DNA of 64,000 bases, from positions 336,970,001 to 337,034,000 of the forward strand of contig OZ024742.1 in NCBI GenBank assembly GCA_964016885.1. The letters are read 5' to 3'. Position numbers and translations under genes: made by a program. A model generated the notes under the pieces. The model made no database searches, was not told where the DNA came from, and saw nothing but the letters and a program-made list of their open reading frames with translations. Source of the DNA: Eledone cirrhosa. Its lineage: Eukaryota. Shown here piece after piece: positions 36,996 through 54,323 of this stretch (position 1 is its first letter; each line of letters starts with the position of its first letter).

Positions 36996-39826
36996 AATAG
37001 AGGTAGTTCGAGTTAGTAATCGAATAATTAAGCTTAGATTAGTTGTAGGCAGGAGACTACTGACAATCATCTCTGCCTATGCTCCCCAAGCAGGCCTAGG
37101 CAAAGATGAGAAAGACTGCTTTTACGAGCAACTTTTACAAACAATCGCAATGACAGAAGACGGAGACATCGTTATGCTAGCAGGGTACTTCAATGGTCAT
37201 GTTGGACAGCTCCAGGATGGTTACATTGGGGTACATGGTGGGCACGGTTATGGCTCAAGAAATGAAGGCGTGAGACTTCTTGAATTTTGTGATGCAAGTA
37301 CACTGACGATTTGCAATACAAAACTTCCAGAAACCTGCCAACCACCTAATAACCTACAAATCTGGCGAGCACATAAGCCAGATTGACATCGTACTAGTTA
37401 GGCAGCGGGACAGGCAGATAGTGTCTCATACCAAGGCATACCCTGGGGAAGAATGTACCCCACAGCATAGGTTAGTCAGTGATATCTCAGTAAGCAAGAG
37501 ATGGAATGAGACATATAGGAAGGTGTGGAGAAGAAAGGTCTGGAAGCTAAAAGACCTTTCACTAAAATACAAATTTAGGAAAGCCCTTCAAGATGTATAT
37601 GACGAAAAAGAAGACGATTTAGAGACGTATGACATAGATAATAACTGGAAGTTCTTACATGACAACTTGCTGCAGGCTACTGATGAAACCTGTGGCTGGA
37701 GCAGAGCTCCAACCAGACAGAGAGTGACCTGGTGGTGGAACAGCACAGTAGATAAGGCTATTAGAGACAAAAGACTAGCATGGAAGGCTTGGAAAAAGGG
37801 TGGGAGTAGGGAAGAATATACAGCCACTAAGAGAGAAGCTAGACGTCAGGTTTACTTAGCACGCAGGGAGGCAGAGAGTAGGAGGTTTGCCAATGTTCTG
37901 CACGGGAAGATCAGAGGCATGCGGCGTTCCACATTGCAAGGCAGTGTGTCAATGCAAATCAGGATGTTGTTGGAGATAAATGTGTCCGGGATGATGCCGG
38001 TGTACTTAGTGTCATGAATGATCAGAAAAAGGAGGTCTGGAAATGTCATTATGAGAGACTGATGAATGTGGAGAACGAATGGGAGAGAGAGAAATTACCC
38101 TTAGTAGATCCGACAGAGAGACCAGCTATTGAGATTGACGAATATAGGGTCCAAGAGGCGATTATGGAAATGAAAAATGATAAGGCTGCTGGACCATCGG
38201 GAATAGTTGCTGAGATGCTGAAGGCATCAGGGGACGTAGGCACTAAACTGGTTGCACGCATCATCAATCAGGCTATATATGGTGGTGTCATACCCAAAGA
38301 CTGGTGCAGCAGTATTCTCATAAATTGCTACAAAGGTAAAGGGGATGCTTTGGAGAGGAGCAATTATAGGGGTATAAAACTGATAGATCAGGTTATGAAA
38401 GTGGCAGAAAGGATTTTAGCACAACTAATTAGAGAAAGGGTCAAACTAGATGAGATGCAGTTTGGTTTTGTGCCTGGGAAGAGTACAACAGATGCCCTCT
38501 TCTTGGTGAGACAAATGCAAGAGAGGTTCTTAGAGAAGAATAAGCCACTATACTTAGCCTTTGTTGACCTAGAGAAGGCCTTTGATAGGGTACCCCGATC
38601 TGTCATCTGGTGGTCCCTAAGGAAGCTAGGTGTTGAGGAATGGCTTGTGAGGACAGTGCAAACTTTGTACAGAGGTACTGTCAGTAAAGTCAGGGTAGGA
38701 ATGGAGTTTAGTGAGGAATTCCAGATACAAGTAGGAGTACATCAGGGTTCGGTCCTCAGCCCGCTCTTGTTCATTATAGTCCTCCAAGCCATAACAGAGG
38801 AGTTTAAGACTGGCTGTCCATGGGAACTTCTCTATGCCGACGATCTGGCTCTTATAGCAGAATCAGTAGAGGAGCTAGAGAATAAATTCCGGCTATGGAA
38901 ACAGCAGTTGGAAGCAAGAGGACTGAGAGTAAATCTAGCTAAGACAAAGGTGTTGATGAGTAGAAAAGAGGACAAAACCCTGATTCCATCAGGGAAATGG
39001 CCATGTTCGATATGCAGAAAAGGAACTAGCATAAATTCTATAAAATGCACACAATGCAGGTCCTGGGTACACAAGAGATGTAGCGGGATAGCAGGCAAAC
39101 TAACAGGTAGGGAGAAATATGTATGCAGTAGATGTACAGGGAAATTAGACAGTAGAAGTCGCACTGATAGACACATTTTTCAAATGCGAGAGGGCTATAG
39201 AAGTGGTGGATAGCTTCCGGTACCTAAGAGATCAGATTAGCATGGGAGGAGGGTGTTCCGAGGCCATAGTATCTAGAATAAGGACGGGTTGGAAGAAGTT
39301 TAGGGAGCTGCTTCCTCTGTTGACGAAGAAGGGTTTCTCCCTGCGTACGAAAGGCCGGTTGTATGATGCCTGTGTGAGGAGCGCGATGCTGCATGGTAGT
39401 GAGACATGGGCAGCAACCGCAGAGGATATGCGACGGCTGGAGAGAAATGAGGCAAGCATGCTCCGTTGGATGGGCAGTGTAAATGTGCGTGAACGACCCA
39501 GCATAAATGTGTTGAGAGAGAAACTGTGTCTGAGAGGGATAGAATGTAGTGTACGGGAGAGGAGACTGAGGTGGTATGGACATGTGATGCGCATGGAGGA
39601 TGACCGATGGGTGAAGAAGTGCCAGGAAATGCCGGTTGAAGGAAGACGTGGTAGAGGTAGACCACGAAAAACATGGGCGGAGGTGGTGAGAACAGACCTC
39701 AGATCATTGAAGCTCACGGTGGAGATGACGAGGGACCGTGACGAGTGGAGAGATGCTGTGCTGAATAAGACCCGTCCCACCCTTGCAAGCAGGGAAAAGC
39801 GGACATAAAATGATGATGATGATGAT
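36996..39826 (+). mobile_element. RTE LINE family B, 5'-truncated within the endonuclease, frameshifted
   Basis: ORFs 37421-38017, 38014-39213 (NYRGIKL, FVDLEKAFD, GVHQGSVLSP, LLYADDL) and 39203-39808. The ORF runs into the terminus and (GAT)n tail with essentially no 3' UTR. Confidence 0.95.
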
Positions 39827-40160
39827 ATGTATATATATATACATATATATATATGCTTATATATATGCATATATACATATATATATATGCATATATATAT
39901 ATATGCTTATATACATATGTATCATCATCATCATCATCATATATGCATATATATATGCATCATCATCATATATGCATATATATATGTATATATATATACA
40001 TATATATATATATATGCATATATATATACATATATATATATATATATGCATATATATATACATATATATATATGCATATATACATATATATATGCATATA
40101 TACATATATATATGCATATATATATGTATATATATATATATGCATATATATATAAATATA
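39827..40160. repeat. (TA)n/TATGCA microsatellite array with embedded (CAT)n tracts
   Basis: Direct reading. Confidence 0.95.
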
Positions 40161-40978
40161 TGGAAAGGCGTAGGTAGAAACTCCATTTTATGTCCCAAAT
40201 GCAAAGTATGGGTGCATAAAAGATGTAGTGGGATCACAGGTAAGCTAACTAAGAACATAGATTTTACATGTGGCCGGTGCTCTGGTGCAATAAGTAGCAG
40301 CAAGTGCCCACAAATACTAGCTCTTTCAATTGCGCAGAGGGTTCTATAGAAATAGTGGACAGCTTCCGTTACTTGGGCGACAAAATCAGCAGTGGGGGAG
40401 GGTGCTCTGAAATTACAGTAGCTAGAGTCAGAACTGGATGGAAAAAGTTCAGAGAGCTTATACCACTATTAGCTGCTAAAGGGTTCTCCCTAAAAATGAA
40501 AGGCAGGTTGTACGATGCCTGCATACGAACAGCAATGTTGCATGGCAGTGAGACCTGGGCATTGTGTGCAGAGGATATACGCAGACTAGAGAGGAACGAA
40601 GCTTGCATGCTCCGCTGGATGTGTAACAGTAATATACGTGAACGGCAAAGCATAAACGAACTAAGGAAAAAATTAGAAATAAGAGGGATCAGATGTTTAC
40701 TCGAGAGAAGGCTACGTTGGTATGGACACGTGATGCGCATGAAAGTCGATAGCTGTATAACAAAGTGCAGGGCAATAAAGATAGACGGTAGCCACGGAAT
40801 AGGCAGACCTAGAAAAACCTGGGACGAGCTGATAAACTCCGACCTCACACACTTACACCTCTCCAAGACAATGTCACTGGACCAAGACCTTTGGCGGTAC
40901 TCAGTAACAGAGAAGACCCGCCTTACCTAAATACATAGTAAAACCTACTACAGCCAGTAGGCATCTCTAACAAAATAC
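40161..40978 (+). mobile_element. RTE family-A fragment truncated at both ends
   Basis: [21 protein letters not shown] to KTRLT*; stops about 50 nt into the UTR at a microsatellite. Confidence 0.93.
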
Positions 40979-42278
40979 ATATACATATATACATACATAT
41001 ACATATATACATATACATATATACATATACATATATATATACATATATATATGTACATATATATATACATATATATATACATATATATATACATATATAT
41101 ATACATATATATATGTACATATATATATACATATATATATATACATATATATATACATATATATATATACATATATATATGTACATATATATATGTACAT
41201 ATATATATATACATATATATATGTACATATATATATGTACATATATATATATACATATATATACATACATATATATACATATATATATACATATATATAT
41301 ACATATATATATGTACATATATATATACATATATATATACATATATATATGTACATATATATATGTACATATATATATACATATACATATATATATACAT
41401 ATATATATACATATATATATACATATATATATACATATATATATACATATATATATACATATATATATGTACATATATATATGTACATATATATATACAT
41501 ATATATATACATATATATATACATATATATATACATATATATATGTACATATATATATACATATACATATGTACATATATATATACATATACATATGTAC
41601 ATATATATATACATATACATATATATATACATATACATATGTACATATATATATACATATACATATGTACATATATATATACATATACATATGTACATAT
41701 ATATATACATATACATATGTACATATATATATACATATATATATGTACATATATATATACATATATATATACATATATATATATACATATATATATACAT
41801 ATATATATACATATATATATGTACATATATATATGTACATATATATATGTACATATATATATACATATATATATGTACATATATATATACATATATATAT
41901 ACATATATATATGTATATATATATACATATATATATGTACATATATATATACATATATATATACATATATATATGTACATATATATATGTACATATATAT
42001 ATACATATACATATACATATATATATGTACATATATATATACATATACATATACATATATATATACATATATATATATACATATACATATATATATACAT
42101 ATATATATATACATATATACATATATACATACATATATACATATATACATACATATATACATATATATATACATATATATATACATATATATATACATAT
42201 ATACATATATATATACATATATACATATATATATACATATATACATATATATATACACATATATATATACATATATAT
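40979..42278. repeat. (TA)n/TACA/TGTACA microsatellite array
   Basis: Direct reading. Confidence 0.95.
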
Positions 42279-42338
42279 GTTGATTTAAAACTGCACTATC
42301 AACAAGTGTTTTTTTAGCCTTCATATCATGTTCTCCTG

Positions 42339-42405
42339 TTTTATCTGATGAAAACACAAATATTATTGCTTGATGATGTTTGTTTTTGAAATGCGCATAA
42401 TAAAA
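42339..42405 (+). ncRNA. Type I hammerhead ribozyme (Penelope-associated)
   Basis: ttttat CTGATGA aaacacaaatattatt gctt gatgatgtttgttttt GAA atgcgcat A ataaaa. 6-bp stem I, ~15-bp stem II with G-U pairs and one mismatch, palindromic stem III, AUA triplet. Confidence 0.8.
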
Positions 42406-42574
42406 TATATGGAACTCCTTTAACCATCTTTTGATCTTATATTATATACATATATATATATACATATATATACATATATATATACATATATATACATATA
42501 TATATACATATATATACATATACATATATATATATATATACACATATATATATACATATATATATATATAATAA

Positions 42575-42860
42575 TCATAAGAATTCTTTCACAGATCCAG
42601 GCAAAAAATTTTCAACTTCACTATCAGGCTTACTCTGGCAACTTAAACATAACATTGGATATTCGTTGTTTTGGAATATAGTCTCAAGAGGGATTCCTTT
42701 TAATTCCTCATCTGAGACATGTGACCTCTGCGTGGAGGAGATATTCTTTATATTAAAATCTAAAAATTCCCTTAATCTAAGGACGAATTTATTCAGTTGC
42801 TGCAGACATAGATTGAACTCAACGTTTAAATATAAATATAAATTTAAAATGTATATTTAG
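42575..42860 (+). pseudogene. Penelope GIY-YIG C-terminal fragment
   Basis: [53 protein letters not shown]. Confidence 0.82.
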
Positions 42861-44355
42861 TTAAGATATTTATTTAATTAATTATGAAACCTGACGATAA
42901 ATCTTTCGATTCCTTCAACTCTTTCTTTTTTAAACCTTCTTCATAAATATATACTAATGATGTAATTAAACTACCCAATCTATTGAATAAATTTTACGCT
43001 AGATAAACTTCTATAGTAAATATAAGAGCATCTGTAGAACAACAGGGTCTCCTAAATCTTTTAAATGATTTCTGCTAAATAAGTCTTGTTGAATAATTTT
43101 GTTTTTTGTTTGCTCTTGATTCTGATTGCTTCTAATGAACTTGGCAATATATTGTCAGATAAATTGGAAGGGTTGATTTCTGTGGTTGATATGGGGGGGC
43201 ATACTGTGTTCTTTTAAGGCCCTAGACACTCTAGGGAGTGATGAAAGTATTCTTAGCGTTTTAATATATTGATATCTGTTGTCTATTCTATACATGAACG
43301 ATAATCATGTATGTTGAGGGCAGGAATATTAATATTAATATATATTTTTATGTATGTGTATGTATGTATGTATATATATATATAGTAAAATCTTTTATAA
43401 CGCAAGGGAAAAATTATTTCATGTGAAATAAGAAATTACAGAGTTGATCACGTATGTTCACGTGTATATCTATAGTGTCAACTAGAACTTGAGATGACCT
43501 CTTTTTCTTTTTCTCTTTCTTTCTTTTTCCAGTAAGTACATATATACTTATGTATTTTGAAGTTTTATCTCAGGTTTTGGTATATAGACCTGAAAATTTT
43601 TAAACTAAACATATGGTCATTATTTTTCACACATTATATATCTATGTCTCATTCATGAATATTGATATTTACAGTATAATACCCAATTCATATGAATTGA
43701 TAATTCAAAATGATGGGACATAACGTAAAGTTGTAAATCTGTCATCCTTCTCTCTAGATTTAGCTTTCTTCTCCTCCCTCTATACATGATGTAATCTAAG
43801 TATTGCTGTTTTCTCTTTAGTTATTTTTTATTTATCTCCGTCTCCTTAACACTATAACTAAATAAATAAATAAATAATTACAGTACTCCCTCCCTCCTAA
43901 ATCTCTCAATTTGTATGATAATTATTATTATTCATCTGTTACCTCAGCTGCCTCTCATTTTTCACCTCCTCACTATTTCTCTCTCCCATATCTCTCTCTA
44001 TTTTTCTTTACATACATTTATTCCTTCTCTACGTCTTTCTTTCTAACTGTGCTTAACGTTAAATATTTACAAACATTTCACTACCAAACCAATTTTTTTA
44101 AATGGAAGTTGATCAATATTTTATGGTACGTCAAATTTATTTATAAAACTGCTTATATATTGTATTTTATCTAAAGGCATGCCATATTTTTAATATGGTA
44201 TCCCTGAAATATGTATAATGAAATAAATATGGTTTTATAAATATAGTTTCCATTTGTTTAATATCGTATATCTACTCCAAAACTTGATGAGTGCTTTATA
44301 TCAGTTATAAAATATTTACTCGTTGTAACCCAACAATTTTAAATAAAAGTTTTGC

Positions 44356-44428
44356 ATATATACATACATATATATATACATACATATATATATACATACA
44401 TACATATATACATACATACATACATACA

Positions 44429-44462
<34 letters not shown>

Positions 44463-44786
44463 CATACATATATACATACATACATATATATATACATACA
44501 TACATATATACATACATACATACATATATACATACATATATACATACATATATACATACATACATATATATATACATACATACATATATACATACATACA
44601 TATATACATACATACATATATACATACATACATATATACATGCATACATATATACATACATATATACATACATATATATATACATATATATATACATACA
44701 TACATATATACATACATATATACATACATACATATATACATACATACATATATACATACATATATACATACATACATATATATACA

Positions 44787-44818
<32 letters not shown>

Positions 44819-44844
44819 CATACATACATATATATATACATACA

Positions 44845-44896
<52 letters not shown>

Positions 44897-45014
44897 CATA
44901 TATATATACATATATATATATACATATATATATACATATATATATATACATATATATATACATATATATATATACATATATATATACATATATATATATA
45001 CATATATATATACA

Positions 45015-45046
<32 letters not shown>

Positions 45047-45066
45047 CATATATATACATACATACA

Positions 45067-45098
<32 letters not shown>

Positions 45099-45128
45099 CA
45101 TATATATATACATACATATATATATACA
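44356..45128. repeat. (TACA)n/(TA)n array
   Basis: Direct reading. Confidence 0.95.
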
Positions 45129-45129
45129 T

Positions 45130-45737
45130 GGTGGCTGCCAACTCGTTTTCGAGTACGGCCACTACTTTATATCCATGTAGGAGAACCCCTACCGATGCGC
45201 TGAACGAGTGTGACTTTTTAGTCCAGCCAGCGACTTGAAAACTCTGGTACAAACACTACACTTGTGACAATTACTGACACATAGTGCTGGGCCCATGGTA
45301 CCATGTGACGACAAGTGCAGAGAGATCTCCAGATATAAAGCAATGCCTGTGCCGTGAAGCTTTTATAGTGAGCAAAGGCACCGCACAAAGCCAGTCCCAC
45401 TCTCTTAACCAAGATGATATTTACCAAAAAGAAGAACAAGTCAACATCATTGGATACCATCAGGGTTGCAGGTGTTATATCAGAGTTTTCCTTCTCCTAG
45501 AATTCTGCCTTGACAAAGGCTAAGGGGTCATCTCTCCCGGTGATTTTGGATGGCCATTGACTCTTAAGAGCTCCTTTGCCCTTTGACAGGTTTTGTTTTT
45601 AGTCCTGCAGGATGTCCAAAGTCACCCTCCTCACCAAGAAACCTTGGTGGGGTTGCCAGTTTAGTCGCCAACGACCCGACCATGAGACAGGTTGTACTGG
45701 GATACATGTTACCAGTAGCACCAACTGGTGACCTGAC
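45130..45737 (-). mobile_element. Non-autonomous bipartite RTE-derived element between microsatellites
   Basis: GC-richer island. Minus strand has an RTE 5'-type word ctaggagaaggaaaactctga, then an ORF-end relic [16 protein letters not shown] and terminus gtactcgaaaacgagttggcagccacc. Confidence 0.6.
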
Positions 45738-45884
45738 ATAAATATACATACATATATATATACATACATATATATATACATATATATATATACATATATA
45801 TATATACATATATATATACATATATATATATACATATATACATACATATATATATACATATATATATATACATATATACATACA

Positions 45885-45916
<32 letters not shown>

Positions 45917-46163
45917 CATATATATACATACATACATATATATACATACATACATATATACACATACATATATACATATATATATATTTATACATATATA
46001 TATATATACATACATATATACATATATATATACATATATATATATTTATACATATATATATATACATACATATATACATATACACATATACATATATATA
46101 TACATATACACATATATATATACATATACACATATATATATATATACATATACATACATATAC

Positions 46164-46194
<31 letters not shown>

Positions 46195-46399
46195 CATATA
46201 TACATATACATATATACATATATACATATAGATATATATATATATACATATATATATACATATATATATACATATATATATATACATATATACATATACA
46301 TATATACATATATATACATATATATATATATACATATATATATATACATATATATATATACATATATATATATACATATACATATATACATATATATAC

Positions 46400-46430
<31 letters not shown>

Positions 46431-46469
46431 CATATATATATATATACATATACATATATATACATATAC

Positions 46470-46516
<47 letters not shown>

Positions 46517-46535
46517 CATATATATATATAATATC

Positions 46536-46616
<81 letters not shown>

Positions 46617-46625
46617 CATATATAC

Positions 46626-46658
<33 letters not shown>

Positions 46659-46808
46659 CATATATATACATATATACATATATATACATATATACATATA
46701 TATATATATATACATACATATATATATATACATATATATACATATATATATATACATATATACATATATACATATATATATATATACATACATATATATA
46801 TATATATA
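45738..46808. repeat. (TA)n/TACA array
   Basis: Direct reading. Confidence 0.95.
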
Positions 46809-47101
46809 TTTTTTGTCGTGACACCTACACGATCTCAGGCCGAAACAAATGAGATCGTGTAGGTGTCACGACAAAAAAACACACAGTCCACGCTGTAATG
46901 TGGCCGTGTAGGCAACACGGTAAAAACCTCCCAGACCCACACTGTAAATGTGGTTGGTGTTAGGAAGGGCATCCAACTGTAGAAAACCTGCCAGACAGTC
47001 CTATGCGAGCAAGACAATCACTCTTGCCTCAAGTGGGACTACCCCCGTCCAAACCCATGCAAGCGTGGAACACGGACGTTAAACGTTGATGATGATGATG
47101 A
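46809..47101 (+). mobile_element. Family-A 3' UTR fragment with fold-back 5' end
   Basis: 46809-46837 is the reverse complement of ~46850-46878; the rest matches ~57890-58157. Confidence 0.9.
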
Positions 47102-47178
47102 TATATATACATATATATATATATAAATATATATATATACACATATATATATATACATATATATATATATACACATAC

Positions 47179-47212
<34 letters not shown>

Positions 47213-47224
47213 ATATATATATAC

Positions 47225-47296
<72 letters not shown>

Positions 47297-47298
<2 letters not shown>

Positions 47299-47723
47299 TC
47301 ATCATCATCATCATCACCGTTTTACGTCCGTTCTTCCACGCTAGCATGGGTTAGACGGGTTGTCCTGTTGTGGGCAGTGTCTGGTCGGCTGACCATGCCT
47401 TGCTCATACAGGAACTGATCTGGCTTGATTTCTACAGCTGGATGCCCTTCCTAACACCAACCTCATTTACAGTGAGTGCTGGGTGCTTTTTCGTGGCGCC
47501 TACACGTCCACTTTACAGTGTGGGCTGGGTGCTTTTTTGCCGTGGCACCTCCACGACCACCTTGAGGTGGGGGGGGGCATATTGTTTATATGCTTCAGCA
47601 TGTACCCATGGGAGGTCGGGTACCCTGTATTACTGCGTGACGCCAGAAGTCACGGTCGTGTGTCATTGACTTTGAGAGGTGTAGTTGGGTAAGGTCGGCT
47701 TTTATCACCTCATCCCAAGTCAT

Positions 47724-47725
<2 letters not shown>
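47297..47725 (-). mobile_element. RTE family-C 3' end with complete UTR and (GAT)n tail
   Basis: Minus strand encodes KMTWDEVIKADLTQLHLSKSMTHDRDFWR, followed by the subrepeat module and acccatgctagcgtggaagaacggacgtaaaacggtgatgatg. Confidence 0.9.
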
Positions 47726-47778
<53 letters not shown>

Positions 47779-47879
47779 CTTTGAAATGTTTTAGCCAGTA
47801 TTGGCCCAGGCCATGTCTAACTTAATAGCACCACCTGGCGAAGTCTTTCAATTCAGGATTTGGGCACCATGGCCCATTC

Positions 47880-48079
47880 NNNNNNNNNNNNNNNNNNNNN
47901 NNNNNNNNNNNNNNNNNNNNNNNNNNNNNNNNNNNNNNNNNNNNNNNNNNNNNNNNNNNNNNNNNNNNNNNNNNNNNNNNNNNNNNNNNNNNNNNNNNNN
48001 NNNNNNNNNNNNNNNNNNNNNNNNNNNNNNNNNNNNNNNNNNNNNNNNNNNNNNNNNNNNNNNNNNNNNNNNNNNNNNN
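47880..48079. other. Assembly gap (200 N)
   Basis: Run of n. Confidence 1.
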
Positions 48080-48287
48080 AATGAGATGATAGGGACTGGG
48101 GTCCATATCATTCCACTGCAAAGTGGTCGTGGAGGTACCACGGCAAAAAAGCACCCAGCACTCACTGTAAATGAGGTTGGGTGTTAGGAAGGGCATCCAG
48201 CTGTAGAAATCAAGCCAGAATCAGTTCCCGTCCCACCCTTGCCAGCAGGGAAAAAGCGGACGTAAAAATGAAATGAAAATGAAATGA
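48080..48287 (+). mobile_element. 3' half of the 4789-type SINE
   Basis: Near-identical to 4928-5110; tail is (AAATG)n here. Confidence 0.9.
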
Positions 48288-51286
<2,999 letters not shown>

Positions 51287-51489
51287 TATCTTAATTCTAT
51301 CGTATTCTCAAACAAAAAAAACAAAATCCTCCCCATTCTACTTATAAATTACTTTAAATATATATAGTATGCTACTTGAAAGTCAAAAAGCCGATCCACC
51401 CCTTCACCCTCCTGCTTCTCCACGAGGGGGCTGCGGTCAGCCACTATCTCCCCCCCCTCTCTTTCTTCCCCTCTATCTCTCGCTTAGCT

Positions 51490-51526
<37 letters not shown>

Positions 51527-51995
51527 AGATAAGTTTTCCTTCATGTTTATCCACTTTGCTTCAATTATTTCTATGATGGACTCATGTAAACCGTAAAGTA
51601 CAATCCTTCTCTCCATTTCCACGCTCAATTCCGTACACAGTCCAAACAAACATCCAATCACGCAAAATCCGAAATCTGTATTTTTTTGTTATCTATTTAA
51701 GGTTTAAATACGGTGTTTTTGTCGTATTGAACAGAACAAATCTTGCAGTTTTGCTTTTTGTTAAATCGCTTGTTAAACATTCATAACCTTCTATCTTAAT
51801 TCTATCGTATTCTCAAACAAAAAAAACAAAATCCTCCCCATTCTACTTATAAATTACTTTAAATATATATAGTATGCTACTTGAAAGTCAAAAAGCCGAT
51901 CCACCCCTTCACCCTCCTGCTTCTCCACGAGGGGGCTGCGGTCAGCCACTATCTCCCCCCCCCTCTCTTTCTTCCCCTCTATCTCTCGCTTAGCT

Positions 51996-52032
<37 letters not shown>

Positions 52033-52500
52033 AGATAAGTTTTCCTTCATGTTTATCCACTTTGCTTCAATTATTTCTATGATGGACTCATGTAAACCGT
52101 AAAGTACAATCCTTCTCTCCATTTCCACGCTCAATTCCGTACACAGTCCAAACAAACATCCAATCTCGCAAAATCCGAAATCTGTATTTTTTTGTTATCT
52201 ATTTAAGGTTTAAATACGGTGTTTTTGTCGTATTGAACAGAACAAATCTTGCAGTTTTGCTTTTTGTTAAATCGCTTGTTAAACATTCATAACCTTCTAT
52301 CTTAATTCTATCGTATTCTCAAACAAAAAAAACAAAATCCTCCCCATTCTACTTATAAATTACTTTAAATATATATAGTATGCTACTTGAAAGTCAAAAG
52401 CCGATCCACCCCTTCACCCTCCTGCTTCTCCACGAGGGGGCTGCGGTCAGCCACTATCTCCCCCCCCCTCTCTTTCTTCCCCTCTATCTCTCGCTTAGCT

Positions 52501-52537
<37 letters not shown>

Positions 52538-53006
52538 AGATAAGTTTTCCTTCATGTTTATCCACTTTGCTTCAATTATTTCTATGATGGACTCATGTAA
52601 ACCGTAAAGTACAATCCTTCTCTCCATTTCCACGCTCAATTCCGTACACAGTCCAAACAAACATCCAATCTCGCAAAATCCGAAATCTGTATTTTTTTGT
52701 TATCTATTTAAGGTTTAAATACGGTGTTTTTGTCGTATTGAACAGAACAAATCTTGCAGTTTTGCTTTTTGTTAAATCGCTTGTTAAACATTCATAACCT
52801 TCTATCTTAATTCTATCGTATTCTCAAACAAAAAAAACAAAATCCTCCCCATTCTACTTATAAATTACTTTAAATATATATAGTATGCTACTTGAAAGTC
52901 AAAAAGCCGATCCACCCCTTCACCCTCCTGCTTCTCCACGAGGGGGCTGCGGTCAGCCACTATCTCCCCCCCCCTCTCTTTCTTCCCCTCTATCTCTCGC
53001 TTAGCT

Positions 53007-53043
<37 letters not shown>

Positions 53044-53511
53044 AGATAAGTTTTCCTTCATGTTTATCCACTTTGCTTCAATTATTTCTATGATGGACTC
53101 ATGTAAACCGTAAAGTACAATCCTTCTCTCCATTTCCACGCTCAATTCCGTACACAGTCCAAACAAACATCCAATCTCGCAAAATCCGAAATCTGTATTT
53201 TTTTGTTATCTATTTAAGGTTTAAATACGGTGTTTTTGTCGTATTGAACAGAACAAATCTTGCAGTTTTGCTTTTTGTTAAATCGCTTGTTAAACATTCA
53301 TAACCTTCTATCTTAATTCTATCGTATTCTCAAACAAAAAAAACAAAATCCTCCCCATTCTACTTATAAATTACTTTAAATATATATAGTATGCTACTTG
53401 AAAGTCAAAAAGCCGATCCACCCCTTCACCCTCCTGCTTCTCCACGAGGGGGCTGCGGTCAGCCACTATCTCCCCCCCCCCTCTCTTTCTTCCCCTCTAT
53501 CTCTCGCTTAG

Positions 53512-53552
<41 letters not shown>

Positions 53553-54021
53553 AGATAAGTTTTCCTTCATGTTTATCCACTTTGCTTCAATTATTTCTAT
53601 GATGGACTCATGTAAACCGTAAAGTACAATCCTTCTCTCCATTTCCACGCTCAATTCCGTACACAGTCCAAACAAACATCCAATCTCGCAAAATCCGAAA
53701 TCTGTATTTTTTTGTTATCTATTTAAGGTTTAAATACGGTGTTTTTGTCGTATTGAACAGAACAAATCTTGCAGTTTTGCTTTTTGTTAAATCGCTTGTT
53801 AAACATTCATAACCTTCTATCTTAATTCTATCGTATTCTCAAACAAAAAAAACAAAATCCTCCCCATTCTACTTATAAATTACTTTAAATATATATAGTA
53901 TGCTACTTGAAAGTCAAAAAGCCGATCCACCCCTTCACCCTCCTGCTTCTCCACGAGGGGGCTGCGGTCAGCCACTATCTCCCCCCCCCTCTCTTTCTTC
54001 CCCTCTATCTCTCGCTTAGCT

Positions 54022-54058
<37 letters not shown>

Positions 54059-54323
54059 AGATAAGTTTTCCTTCATGTTTATCCACTTTGCTTCAATTAT
54101 TTCTATGATGGACTCATGTAAACCGTAAAGTACAATCCTTCTCTCCATTTCCACGCTCAATTCCGTACACAGTCCAAACAAACATCCAATCTCGCAAAAT
54201 CCGAAATCTGTATTTTTTTGTTATCTATTTAAGGTTTAAATACGGTGTTTTTGTCGTATTGAACAGAACAAATCTTGCAGTTTTGCTTTTTGTTAAATCG
54301 CTTGTTAAACATTCATAACCTTC
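51287..54323 (+). repeat. Six head-to-tail ~505-bp monomers at the 5' end of an RTE LINE
   Basis: ttaattctatcg recurs at 51291, 51796, 52302, 52807, 53313 and 53822 (periods 505, 506, 505, 506, 509). Differences are almost all homopolymer or (CA)n length. Confidence 0.97.

Noticed and set aside
51376-54086. Repeated 60-68 aa ORFs (MDKHEGK...) in the monomers
   Set aside because: They cross (CA)n and homopolymer tracts and change frame between units; no recognisable motif.
51287-54323. CRISPR array, 5S/snRNA tandem cluster or retrozyme
   Set aside because: No variable spacers, no 5S, tRNA or snRNA motif that I recognise, and no CUGANGA hammerhead core in the unit.
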